A program made the translations under genes and the position numbers. A stretch of 64,000 bases of DNA, from positions 1-64,000 of the forward strand of contig JBPGPT010000007.1 in the NCBI GenBank assembly GCA_051047955.1, written 5' to 3'. Under the pieces are notes generated by a model. The model saw nothing but the letters and a program-made list of their open reading frames with translations. It made no database searches and had not been told where the DNA came from. This document shows positions 27,801 through 39,601 of the stretch, piece by piece; the first letter of the stretch is position 1, and every line of letters begins with the position of its first letter. This stretch comes from Cystobasidiomycetes sp. EMM_F5. Its lineage: Eukaryota.

Positions 27801-29470
27801 TAGACGAGAAGTCTGCATCCTCTGTCCCTAGCGCGAAGGTACCATTGATGGGTGGAGAAGGCGGAGGAAGATTACCGATACCGTAGAAGCCTGATCTACG
27901 GTTATTAGCCCTATTATTGGCGGTCGTCGGCTGTAGGTTGAGATTGATGCGCAGAGTACCCTCTGTCTCGGATGAGTATCCTTTCTTGTCGTCCTGCGAC
28001 TTGGACGCTAAGGGACCACTTGAGACGGATTCATCACCAGTTACATTGCCATGATGTACAACCATCGCGCTTCCAGACCCACCGCCAGCGGATTCGGTTG
28101 ATGCACCGGGTGCCGAATTGATGTGGGAGAATTGAAGCCGCGGGTTAGCTTGTCCACTCTTCGTTGGTAAAACTGGCAGCGTATCGAGCTTGTCACTGTC
28201 AAGAAGTCTGCCTGAGGCTGCAGCGAGCTTGCTATCGGCGGAAGTAGAACGTGTGATGTAGTCATGTTGACGCTGCGCACGAAGGCCGTCCGAGGAGGAG
28301 CGTGCGGTCAGAAGTGGCCGGACTGCAAGACTCGTCACATTCGGATCGGTCGACGCAGAAGGATATCTCCGGTGATGTTGAGAATCTGCGAGCGTCTGAC
28401 GTGACGAGTCCGGACTCGGCCCTTTGGCGGGCAGAGTCGGTGCGGTGTCTGGAATCTGGTTGCTTGCAGTCTCTACCCTCGGGTCATTCGCATCCTCGCC
28501 AGAGTTACTCATTGCACGCGGATGGCTCTCGTCTGCGTGTCTTTTTGTTGAAGATCCTGAAGGGGTGGTTATCGCCGTTGAAGAAGCAACGGGCGAATGA
28601 GTGAGTGGGCCGCGGTCATCACGGGTCTCCCTGTCACGTTCTCTGTCAGTTGCGCGCTCACGACGCCGATGCTCGTGAGCTGGACTATTGAGCGACGCGC
28701 TCGAATCGCCATTCGACCGCCCTGCTCTCTTTATCGACCGGTTTCGTTTGCTGTCGGCGTGCTTTCTCGACTTTGCTACGCGCTCATTGTGGCAGCCCAT
28801 GCAGTATATACCCCCTGCGGCTTTGGCAAACACGAGTTCTTCGATCTTTGTGGAGCAAGCTTTGCACTTGAAGCAGTCTGCGTGGTATGAATCGTTGCCG
28901 GTGACGATTGCCTCGTCCGAGATGGCCTGGCCGCATTGGGAGCATACGTAGGAGCAGTTTTCGCATCTGATGAGGACGTATCAATGTTGTGAGGTTGAAG
29001 CGAGCAAAGGGATCACAAGCCTAGCTTACACCGGAGTACCGTCTGCGAGGAGGAGGAGTATGGTATCCTGTTCCATCAGGCTCCGGCATTTCGCGCATCG
29101 GCTGAATACGATACGACGTTTGGTTAGTTTGGATGTTGTTGGGATTGCGTGGTGTCACTCACAAGCTGTTTATGTCGTTTGTGCGGGGATATTGTCCGGG
29201 TCGTGAATATCGCACGGCGACGCGGTAAAGACGAGCCGCAGAGTGATTAGCCGCGTCAGTAGGATATCCGGATGAGAAGCCATCGACGACATCAGCGCGC
29301 TCGTCGTCGTTGTCCACTCCAACCAGCCAAACTGACCACTCGACGTGCCATAGCCCGTCCCCGAAACTGACGACCACCCCGTCCGCCGTCTCGTCGAGTC
29401 TCCCCTTGCACCCGGAGCAGCTTATGGGGAGGGCGCTGTTCGTCGTCGTCGCCGTTTGCTGCGACTCCAT
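24823..29470 (-). CDS. RhoGAP with N-terminal LIM domains, coiled coil and C1 domain (Rga-type)
   Basis: LIM CSGCKG..GDGLWHVE and YCMGCHNE; C1 HNF..CEHC..CQTCGVYCHTKC; GAP GLDHEGIYRKSG, LKNYFRQLPNPL, NRMTPANLGVVFG. 3' end approximate. Confidence 0.88.
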
Positions 29471-30413
29471 TATTTATTGCTCAATCTTTTGATATTTCGA
29501 CGCGGAAACCTGGACTCGACAGCCCAGCCCGCGCAGAGTACGCCCAGCTAGCTCATAGTCGTCGTATTCCTCGTAATCCTCATATTCCTCATAATCCAGC
29601 CTTTTTTGGCCGGTTGTCGCGCTGGAAAGCCCAAGTGCTCGGGTTTCCCTTTTGCCAACCAGCTGCAAGTAACAATAATGAAGAATGGCTGAACAACGAT
29701 GACCACGATGAACGCTGAGATGGTGCTGAAAGATATCTGAAAGCACAGCCAGGCCCAGCTTGGACGGAAACGGCAGTAAACACGGAAAAGATTGGGCAAT
29801 TCGGGCAACAATGAGCGTAAGTGCGGTTCAGCCATGAAACATGCGTCGAGTATCCATATTGTCGCAAACGACGCGCTTCTCGCCGTCCCAAACTCGCCCA
29901 GTCTTGATTGGACCCTTCCACGCCAAATTACACGAAAACTACCCTCAGACGGCGTACAAACCCGTTAATGCCATAATAGACTCTCATCCATACCCTGTCT
30001 ACTCCCGCTGACGAACCATCTGTCCCGTTTTCTTTGCCGACCTCGCGAACCTCGTACTTCCCAAATTACCCGTCACCGACAATCTGCCAACATCTTTGCG
30101 ACATACGCACACGCTCGCATATCAATAACGCGTAAATGTATGTCATCTCGTTGCGTTTCAATGTCTGCAGTACAAATCCAGCTCAAACGGGCAGCACTCG
30201 CACTCAAACAACACCCTATCGACTTCCCCGGCGACAGGGCCAATCAATCTACGCCCCGTACGAGCACGCTCGTCGTCTAAATCAAATCCACACGGCAAGC
30301 TTCACTCTTCCAGCTATGGCGGGCAGAGCAAGTTTGATTCGCTCTTTGGCGGTTCCGCAAAGCCCGGGAGAGCGGGTTCCACGTCTGGCACCGCACAGCC
30401 CCACCATGCCGTC

Positions 30414-32131
30414 ATGACAGACGAGATACTCGACGAGGAGATGGATAGGCTCATCGATGAAGAGGACGCCAGACTAGCCGCCGAAGACAAGGACGATCAG
30501 CTGGGAGCAATAGGTCACGGAAGAAAAGAGATTCTCCGCTGCGAGCGGTGCCATAAAGTCTACCACCATCCGCAAAGTCTCATTAAACGTAGTTCAGCTT
30601 ATTTAGGTTCTTTCTGCTGTTGAGCTGAGATGGCACTGCTGCAGACCGATGGCAACACACGTCGCACTGGAGCTCAGCTTCACAATACGGCCTTTCAAAA
30701 CATCAAACCGTTCAAGCGCTCGAGGCAGCAGTCATTCTTGCCAACGCAGATACAGGCGCGTCCCACTTTCTTCCCGAAGACAAATCGCACTGGCCAGCAG
30801 CCGTTTCTCCGCCCACATCTGGACTGCTGGGTTCAGACCGAATGAACATCGAAGTGCTTCGTCGACGAGCAGCGTTGCAAGCGAGAAGAAAGAGCAATGA
30901 CCCTTCGCCAGGCAGTCAGTCTGCAGTTCCCTACTCGCAGTCTGTGCCGACAGGCCTTCACCCAAGCGGCGCACTCGCTGGCCATCAGCCAATGTCCAAT
31001 GGCAGCAGGCGGAGTCGAAGCAGGGGGAGAGGAAGTCGCAACGGCGCATCGGGCGAACAGGCAATTTCCGTCAGTCTTCGGTCTGTCCATGATGACGAGA
31101 ATGGATTTGAGCTTGATGAAGAGCTGGAAGCCCGCGAGCAAGCCTTGTCTTCCGGCGTCATCGAGATGCAGGAGGAGGAAGACAACGACGCTCTCGACAA
31201 CGATGACGATGACACAGAAGACGAGGACGATAGCCTCGGTGCAGACGTCAGACGAGTGGCTCAGTCATCGAATGGCGGCAGACGCCTTACTGTAAGAGAA
31301 GATAGTTCGATGGATCGCGCCGCTAGTGCTTTGGGCGAAATGCACCTTGCAGCATCGCCATTCAACCCTGTACCCAATAATACTGTTACAGACACCATGA
31401 CCGCTGCGCACAATCTCAGTCCAGGTGGCCGTCACCTAGCTCTACACGATCCTCACACAAGGGAGGTATCACAGGCTGGTATTCCCGGTGTCAAAGGCGA
31501 TCATCCAAGTTTTCCACCTCATATGGCTACCGCCAATACATTACTATCTGTATCCGCACCTGTTCTTGGTTTTTTTGAAGATTCTCATGCGGCCAATCCC
31601 AGTGCTCGCGCCCCGGTCGATGGCGGACTAGTAGTCAGCAGTCCATTATCTGGGCCGCAACTCAACATTCCACATACCGGTTCTGCACTTGCGGGACGCA
31701 ATGAACCTAGTCCTGCGTACTTTCAATTACCGCCCTCGATTGTTGCACCGGCACCCATTCCCGCAATCGCACCCATTAGTCTACGAAGTCCTGTGCTGTC
31801 AGCGCAGCTGTTGGGAGGCAATTCGCCTCGACTTCCATCGAGTCTTGGTCGGAGTGCACTCTCGTATCAGGGTACCAGAGGTTATTCGACCACGCCGCGT
31901 TCAATACCTTTTGGTCAAGCACCTATTGCAGGATCTTATCGCTCCACTTCAGCCAGTCAGTCGATTGGACAGGTCCTTCACGGAGTTTCGCCGTTGCCTC
32001 ATAGCCACCCTGAAAATTTGCGGCAAACGAAGGGCAATGTGCTGCATGAGCATAAGGATGGCGATGAAGATTCTGTCGCAGCTGGCAGCAGCGCCATGGA
32101 CGACGATGATCTGATGGACATGGACTTGTAA
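30414..32131 (+). CDS. Single C2H2 zinc-finger protein with long disordered tail (putative transcription factor); true start may lie upstream
   Basis: After removing intron 30589-30643: CERCHKVYHHPQSLIKHRWQHTSHW..LSKHQTVQALEAAVIL, continuing into ORF 30842-32131. Confidence 0.75.
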
Positions 32132-32555
32132 CACTTGTCACAACAACCAAACGAGCCTTAGTATACGTACGTGAATCAGTTTCAATTGCGTGGCTGGCAG
32201 CCGACCCGTAGCCATAGTAGCAGGCTTTCGAAGAGCTGTACGTCAGTATCACGTTGTCTGACTCTTACTCGGTCTACTTGTTGTGACTACAAAGGATCTG
32301 GCGACATGCTTTAATCCGTCTAAAAACGTTTTTATCAATTTGCGGAGATTACGTCTGGTTAGCGCAAACGATATAATGCAGCAAGTGCAGAGGCAAGGTT
32401 GACTCAGTATTAGCAACGGTGTGTCAGTCTGTAGACAGATGCAACTAGTTAAAGAGTAACGTATGTTCATTACGTGGTATGATTACAACAGCAACCGCTG
32501 CCCGTGCGGCATCAACACCTTATGCAACGCTAACGCCAACTCGGCGATTAGTACA

Positions 32556-34551
32556 CTACGCCTTGTCGGATACATCATCTGGGCTGGGGTTACGAGCATG
32601 CTCAAACAGGTTGTGGTCACCGGAGGGCTTGAGGTACTCTTTGGTAGCACCCGAAGCGTATTGGTCGTGCTCGCGCTGCACTTGAGCCATGACACGCTTG
32701 TGGGCCGTGATTGGCGCCTTGTCGTCGAAGAGAGCATCCATGAATTCCAGCGGGATACCTTTGGTCTCTGGCAGGAGGAATAGAACGTAGAAAATGGCCG
32801 CGACTTGCATGAAGCCGAAGAACAGGTAAACGCCGAATCCGGAGGCACCCATTTGAGCGAACATGGTAGGTGTGGAACGCGAGATGACAAAGTTCCACAG
32901 CCAGTTTGAGGCAGCAGCCGCTGTTGATGATACCAATCGCACAGCGCCTGGGAATGACTCAGAGTTGACGACCCATGGAGTACCGTTCCAGCCGATGGCG
33001 TAGAATGCAGTCCAAATGTAGAAGAATGCGACGGCAGCTTGTCCGGAAGGCGGGAGAGTGGTGGTTGGGTTGGCGGCAGGGTTTGTCTTGCCAAGGATAG
33101 CTCCGATGACCAACATGGCGACGGCACCACCGACTGAACCGACAACGAGGACTGCACGTCGACCATAACGATCTACCCACCAGAAACTGCATGAGTAGGA
33201 TTAGCGCCGGAATTAAAAATCTGTCAATTTGGCAAGACTTACGCCCAAAGTAAAGCACCGACGGATTTGATTACGCCGAATACACCAGTGGTCAAAAGAG
33301 TAGTATTTGTGCCAACAACGCCGATGGTGCGGAAGAAGGTGGGCGAATAGTAGTTGACAGCGTTGATACCGGTACCGTTCTGGAAAATGAAGAGCGACGT
33401 GGTGAGCAATAGACGGCGGGTCAATCTCCACGAGGTGAAGATGGCGCGGACTGGGGCCATGAAGCCAGCACCGACAGCAGCTACATCGTGCTCGACTTGG
33501 ATGGTAACGGCGTTGACTTCCTCAATGAGATAAGGGTGGTCGCCAGGCAGGTTTCTCAGGTAGCAGAGATTCTTGATGGCCTGTTCACGTCGTCCACGCT
33601 GAATGAGCCATCTCGGAGACTCCTTGACGACGATAGGAATGAGAATGGCGAAAAGACCGGATGGGATGAGTTGTACGGCGAACGGTGTGAACCACTGAGT
33701 AAAGCCCATCGGGAGATTGAGGGAGACACCATAATTTATCCAGAAACCGACGATACCGCCAATTTGCCATGCAATTTCGTACATGCCGATGAGCTGACCG
33801 CGGATTTGAGGGGGAGCAATTTCCGAGATGTACAGTGGGGCCATAGAAGACGCTTGACCGATACCGACACCTGCAATAGCACGACCGGCGAAAATAGGAC
33901 CGAGACCACGAGATCCGTTGGCAGCCAGCATGATTGCGCTACCAGCAAAGCAAATGATTGCAGCAATGAGCATGCCATACTTGCGGCCGAGGAAAAAGGC
34001 TATCGGGTACGCAGATAGCGCGCCAAAGAAAGCTCCTACGATGGATAGATGGGTCAGTCTTGATGTAATGGTTGCCCTAACGCACAAAGCCGCTTACCAG
34101 CTTGGTATACCGATACAATGTCTGTACGAAGCGGCGAGTCAGTAAAGGGTCTGGGATCAGCCGGTACTCCACTTGAAACTCACTTGCAGACAGTGTTGTG
34201 AAGTCGGCAGCAGGATACGAGGGAGGATTTAGACTTTAACGCGGAGAAATGGTCAGAAATGTGTGAATTACGTAAAAACCGCCGAAGAACTCACGAGAAT
34301 TCGTTCTTGAAACTTGGAAGGGCAAGGGATGTTCCAAAAAATGCGCTATCGTATCCTGCAACCAGCGAACGTCCTCAGTCAGCATTTCCGGCATTGTGCA
34401 TTTTTGCGGCAATTTGCGGAGAATCCAGCCACTCACCGATCATGATGGCGGCGCTCGCAGCGCAGATGCCCGCAGCGTAGAGACGGCCATTGTAGATCTG
34501 GTCGGGTGCAGAGTCGTGCTTGTCGGCCTTGATGTACTGGAGGATGCCCAT
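32556..34551 (-). CDS. qutD: Quinate permease (MFS sugar-porter family; qutD/qa-y-like)
   Basis: MGILQYIKAD..PDQIYNGRL, spliced MIGYDSAFFGTSLALPSFKNEF, ANIVSVYQAGAFFG, PLYISEIAPPQIRG, FQNGTGINAVNYYSPT, GWNGTPWVVNSE, PETKG; cluster context. Confidence 0.88.
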
Positions 34552-34886
34552 CTTGGGAGCGAGGAAGAAGATTCCTTTTGCAGGAAGATTGAGGGAGGAA
34601 GCTCTTTGAGGATTGCTTTGAGGAGGAAAGAAGAAGAAGAGGATCCCAGACTATTTGATTTCCTGCAAGTCAGCTTTTCTGGAGACAAGAGCCAAGCGGA
34701 GTTGCGTCCGGGCTCCTTCTTTTTCTTTTGCGAATGGGCTGATCTGCTGAGGCGGGACTCCCGAGGGCAGACTGGGGAGCGGATCAGTTCTTCCGGGCTG
34801 CGCTGATCTGTTGGCCCGAGCGAGATGACTGGGCTACCCTTGGCGGTGATGCCTGTCGGAAGTTAAATATCCGGGCCGCGCCCACC

Positions 34887-34896
34887 GCGGATAAAC
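34887..34896 (+). promoter_or_regulatory. Candidate quinate-activator site GCGGATAAAC upstream of the permease
   Basis: An identical 10-mer recurs at 36702-36711; contains a CGG triplet typical of Zn2Cys6 sites. Confidence 0.35.
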
Positions 34897-35176
34897 TGAA
34901 AATACTCACCTGTCATCCAGCGGGGCCAGTCGGGAAGGGAGCCGCTCGCGACGAACGAGGTGCGGGGATGAATGCAAGAGACGTGGAGAATCCATTACAC
35001 CGAGGCTGCGACATGCGGAGACGCTCAATGCGGGTGAGAGACAGACGAGAGACGAGTAGCTTACGTTATCGCTCAGGGCTACTTGAACATCAGAGTATCC
35101 TGCATCATCACCACCGCACACAGCATGCGTTTGTATGTTTAGGCCAACCTCTTACACTGTCTAACGCTCTCCGCAA

Positions 35177-36570
35177 TCAACTCTGTGGAGGAGCAGACCC
35201 GCTAGCCTTGTCCTTCTTGACCTGCTCGCTCACAATCCTCACAGTCTCGGACACGTTCAGATCCTCCTCCTTGCACTGCAACCACAACTTTTGCTGGTCA
35301 ATACCCTGGTAGATCATTGGCTTCTCGCCGGTGATGACGTGCCAGCCCTTTGCAGCGGCAATGTTGGAGATTTCGGTATCTGGGCTTGGGTGGTAGCACT
35401 GAAGGGCAATGCAGCGTCAAGTATCAGTAGGTAGCATTCACACAGAAGCACGTTCGACGCACCATTTCGATGATGCCGCCCTTTTCCTTCTTGTCGAGGA
35501 ATGCCTCAAACGTCGCTCGTGCAGCCTTTTCCTGCGGGGTCGATGGCGGAAAGTCGGGAATGCATGATACACTGTCACACGTAACGACATCAGTTGCGCC
35601 CTTCATCCACCCTCTATCAGCCTTACATGAGTGATGGAGTGGGCAAGCTGGCAGCTTCTTCGGGTGTTTTGATGTGAACACACTCGGGATCGAAATCCAA
35701 CGTGGCATTTTGTTTGAATGAAGCGACCATTGTGCTAACTTCGTCGTCGTCGCGGTTGACGACATAGATAGGCGAGCATTTGAAGTAGACTGCGAGGGCG
35801 TATACAGCAGATCTGGTAGATGATGTGCAGTCATGATGTTTAGTCGGGCATGATCGAAGCACTGCGACAGACTGACACACCTTGATGCACCTCCCCCACC
35901 AACAATCATTCCCGGTCTAGACTTGTCCCCAGGCTTTCCTGTCGCAAAGCCTGCATGAACGAATGCCTCTCGGATACCGGTACAGCTGGAGGAGCGCGTG
36001 CATCAGACAGCGAGCTCAAAGAAGTTTTGCAGTACAATCCATCATACGTACTCTGTATTGTGGCCGAGCAGTTTGCGAGAACCGTCTGGCTGGGGAATCC
36101 AGGCGATGGTGTTGCATGCACCGATAGCTCTTCCTTCTGGGGTCAAATCGTCGCACTCGCTGACGATACGGACTTTGTATGGCCTGTGTGGCAGCAAAAC
36201 AGTGTCAGCTCTGTGCGCAACTAGTCGATTTGCGATTATGCGACCGACATTGTCACCGCCGAACCCGCAAAGTCGGGCTGCTTGGTAGCTTCGAGGATAT
36301 CCTCAAATCGCTGTGTTTCCATCTTTGTGTACGTTCTGCATTACCATAGACGTGCTTTAGTGTGCATGCCCAAGCAATGCCTCCCATCCCTCACCTCGGT
36401 ACTCCGGCTAGCTTGTACATGGTATTGTGGAGAAACGGCGAGTCTGGACGATATCGAGTCGGTCAATCATTCTCAGAGTGCTATACCTTGCACTCACACG
36501 TCCCATGCAGCGGGTAGCCATAGAGATACGTCTTGCCGGGCACGGTCTTGTAGTGCTCGGAAATTGTCAT
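35177..36570 (-). CDS. qutB: Quinate/shikimate 5-dehydrogenase (qutB/qa-3-like), multi-exon
   Basis: Spliced motifs YLYGYPL..SPFLHN, AGSAVTMPYK, IGACNTI, GHNTDCTGI, IVGGGGASRSAVYAL, IYVVNRD, GWHVITGEKPMIYQG; stop at 35177-35179. Confidence 0.9.
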
Positions 36571-36701
36571 TTCGAAGACGGGCGGGAGTGTACGGTGAGC
36601 GAGGATTAATGTAGCCTTGTGCGATGCTTTGTTGACGTTGTTTCGTTGTGAAAAGCTCGAAAGCCAGGCTTTGAAAGAAAATAAAGCGTCACGGCTAGCC
36701 A

Positions 36702-36732
36702 GCGGATAAACCCCCGGTCGCCGGGCTATAAA
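36702..36732 (+). promoter_or_regulatory. Candidate activator site (GCGGATAAAC, CGG-N8-CCG) plus TATAAA in the divergent qutB/qutE promoter
   Basis: GCGGATAAACCCCCG at 36702-36716; TATAAA at 36727-36732, about 77 nt before the qutE ATG. Confidence 0.4.
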
Positions 36733-36808
36733 TGCAGAAATAAGCAACGATTTGGATGGCTTCTGACGGACAACGCACTGATTTACTACTACTGAGCACT
36801 AACACGTC

Positions 36809-37672
36809 ATGTCTTTTACTACCGTGCGGTGGAATAGCTGACCGAAAGAGCGAGCCAGACTGACGCTTTCAAACGATACCAGGATGACCAGGGTGTGACC
36901 AGAGTCAAGAACATCGACCCGGACGACGGTGGAAAGCTCCCGCAGGAGAAGGATACCTTCTTACTGCTGTCCGGACCAAACCAGTGGGCTGAAAACGGGT
37001 CTAGCCGTTCATCCGCTCGCTGACGATGAATCACAGCAACCTATTCGGCCACAGAGATCCCAAGCACTATGGAACGACTACAATGGCTGAGATTGAGCAG
37101 CGCGTAACAGAACTCGGAAAAGAGCTGGGCGTAAAGGTGTAAGGGAGCTTCGGATTGAACGGTGTCGACGTCATCTAATATCCTCCGACTTTATACAGCG
37201 TCTGCGCACAAACCAACCACGAGGGCGTCTTCATTGACCTCATCCACTACGCTCGTCGCTACGGCGGAGTAGTCATGAAGTAGGCGTACACTTCAACAAT
37301 GGGTTCTCTAGCTGACAACGTTGACTTTTTCAGCCCCGGTGCTTTCTGCCACGATTCGTGAGGCCGATGACTAGTCACGGATAACAGAAAACACGCTGAC
37401 TCTGCACTATCTCAGATACGCGGTCCGTGATGCCATCGGTGGAGTCGACGTTCCCGTCTTCGAGATTCACATTTCCAACATTGAAGCACGCGAAGAATGG
37501 CGCGTGTCCAAAACGGCAGCGGTATGCTCGAGCGGAGTCCTCATGGGAGCTGGTGTATTCGGCTACGAGGTGCGAAAGAGATGGCTTCACAGTCGAACCA
37601 TGACTGACACCCGGACGCGCGTAGCTCGCTCTCCGTGCTGCAGTCCACAAAGCCAAGCAGCAGAAAGCGTGA
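36809..37672 (+). CDS. qutE: Catabolic type II 3-dehydroquinate dehydratase (qutE/qa-2-like), 7 exons; absent from the ORF track
   Basis: Spliced: LLLSGPNHNLFGHRDPKHYGTTT..QTNHEGVFIDLIH..MNPGAFCHDSYAVRDAI..VFEIHISNIEAREEWR..GAGVFGYELALRAA. Confidence 0.9.
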
Positions 37673-37816
37673 GTAAGTCTCCTTGTAGACCATCGTGTAG
37701 CTCTAGACGCATAGCACATTGCAATCTCCAGCTGCGACTACATTGTCCCGTCTGCTCAGGATTGCCGATACTTTCCGCCATTGCCATTGATATCTTGCTC
37801 CAACCTGCACCATACA

Positions 37817-39351
37817 ATGCACGACTACGCCGGAGTGGATCTTTTGCAGGCTCATGACTTTTGCGTCTCCATCGTGCTGCGAGCTGGGAGCTACCTCCGG
37901 GCGCAGGCTGCTGCAAGATCAGGCCTCACGGACAGCACGGCCGCCGAGCTGACGGCTACCGTAAAGATGTCGTCTGTGGATCTCGTAACGGAAGCTGACA
38001 TGGAAGTCAGTCTTAAGAGAGAATATGATTCCCAGCAGAGCTCCGGCGGTCCTGACTGTGCTTTGGGTTGTTCATCCAGTGCGAACGGATGATATCAGAG
38101 GCTATAGCTGAGAAATACCCCGACCACAAGTACGAGCAAGAGGCCTAGGAAGACATCTGTTATACTAATGCATCCGTGTGACTAGGATCATCGGCGAGGA
38201 AAGCTATTCTGCTGGCCAGGAGAAGCGTTTCCTTTTGGACGATGTACGTATTCTACGATCTGTTTGTGAAATGTCGCTTAATGTTGACACATGCGTTGTG
38301 TTAGGCTCCTACGTGGATAGTCGACCCTCTCGAGTAAGCCTGAGAAGCCACGTTCGAATTTGTTACAACATCCGACTGATTATACTTTCGCACCTCAGCG
38401 GCACAGTCAATTACCTGCATTTATTTCCGCAATTCTGCATATCAGTCGCACTCGTCATAAAGTGAGTATTATGTCCGATTCCAGCCTGTGCTAGCTAACG
38501 TTATATACAGTAAAATACCCGTTGTCGGCGGGATATATGCGCCCTTTGCATCTGGAGTCTCTAAGCATCCGCTTGACTCGCAAAACGGCACACTGTACTC
38601 CGCTGCGCACGGTCTAGGCTCCTTCCTCACACCTGTCGACCCGACAAGCTTTCCTAGCCTGACGCGGGCATCTCCCCGCCAATCTAGTTCCTGCTCGCCC
38701 ACACCTTACTCCGCTTCATTGCCGCTGCTTAAGCCAGTCGCACCATTCAGTGAAGAAGCACCTAAAGGATGCTTATTCGCTGCGGAATGGGGCAAAGACC
38801 GGAAAGATAAACCTAACGGTAATCTAACGAAAAAGGTAAATTCGATGTGGAACATGGCGTGCGAGATCGGAGGACGGCAAGGGAAGGGTGGTAAGGCGCT
38901 ACTAGCCCTGTTTTGGTGCTCTACAGCCCTGACATTGCGATTTAGGGATGGTCCACGGAGTCCGGTCAATGGGGTCGGCCGCGCTCGACATGGCATACGT
39001 TGCAACAGGCGCAGTCGATATCTTCTGGGAAGCAGGGTGTTGGGAGTGGGATATTTGGTATTTATGCGTTTCTGCGTCGTTCTGACGGTCGTAGCATGCT
39101 CACATTTTATTCTGAAAAGTGCGGGGTCCTGTATTTTGCAAGAAGCCGGCGGATTCGTATATTCAGCCCACCCACCTCTGGAAGACAGTGCAGACAAGCC
39201 TCTACCTGGTGCAGATCTAGGCAGTCGTCTCTATCTTGCCATCAGACCTTGTTCTGGGACGCCTGAAGAAACTCCGCGGCAGATGCAGGACCGCGTCGCA
39301 CGGGAAGTATGGAAGCGAGTGGAAGCGATGGACTACCAGAGGCCTACGTGA
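37817..39351 (+). CDS. qutG: Inositol monophosphatase-family protein (qutG/qa-x-like)
   Basis: KMSSVDLVTEADMEV, IIGEES, spliced TWIVDPLDGTVNYLH, GMVHGVRSMGSAALDMAYVATGAVDIFWEAGCWEWD; lies inside the quinate cluster. Confidence 0.87.
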
Positions 39352-39601
39352 TGCTTTGGAGGCGAAGAGCGCGCAAGTTGCTGCTGCTTGAGCCGTCTCC
39401 ACTCGAAATACCGAAACTGTCCGCTCTCCGGAAGAAAGATATTCGGCGGGCCGAGAGTTGGTTCGGGGCAATTCAAACGCGCAAAGAGAGTCGCAGCGTC
39501 GACGTTGTATGGATAGCATACATGCCAGCAATGACGATGGAGAGCGTTAAATAGGTTGAAAGAACTTTGGCATTCCCGTTGCCGCGGTGGGCCCATCAAA
39601 G

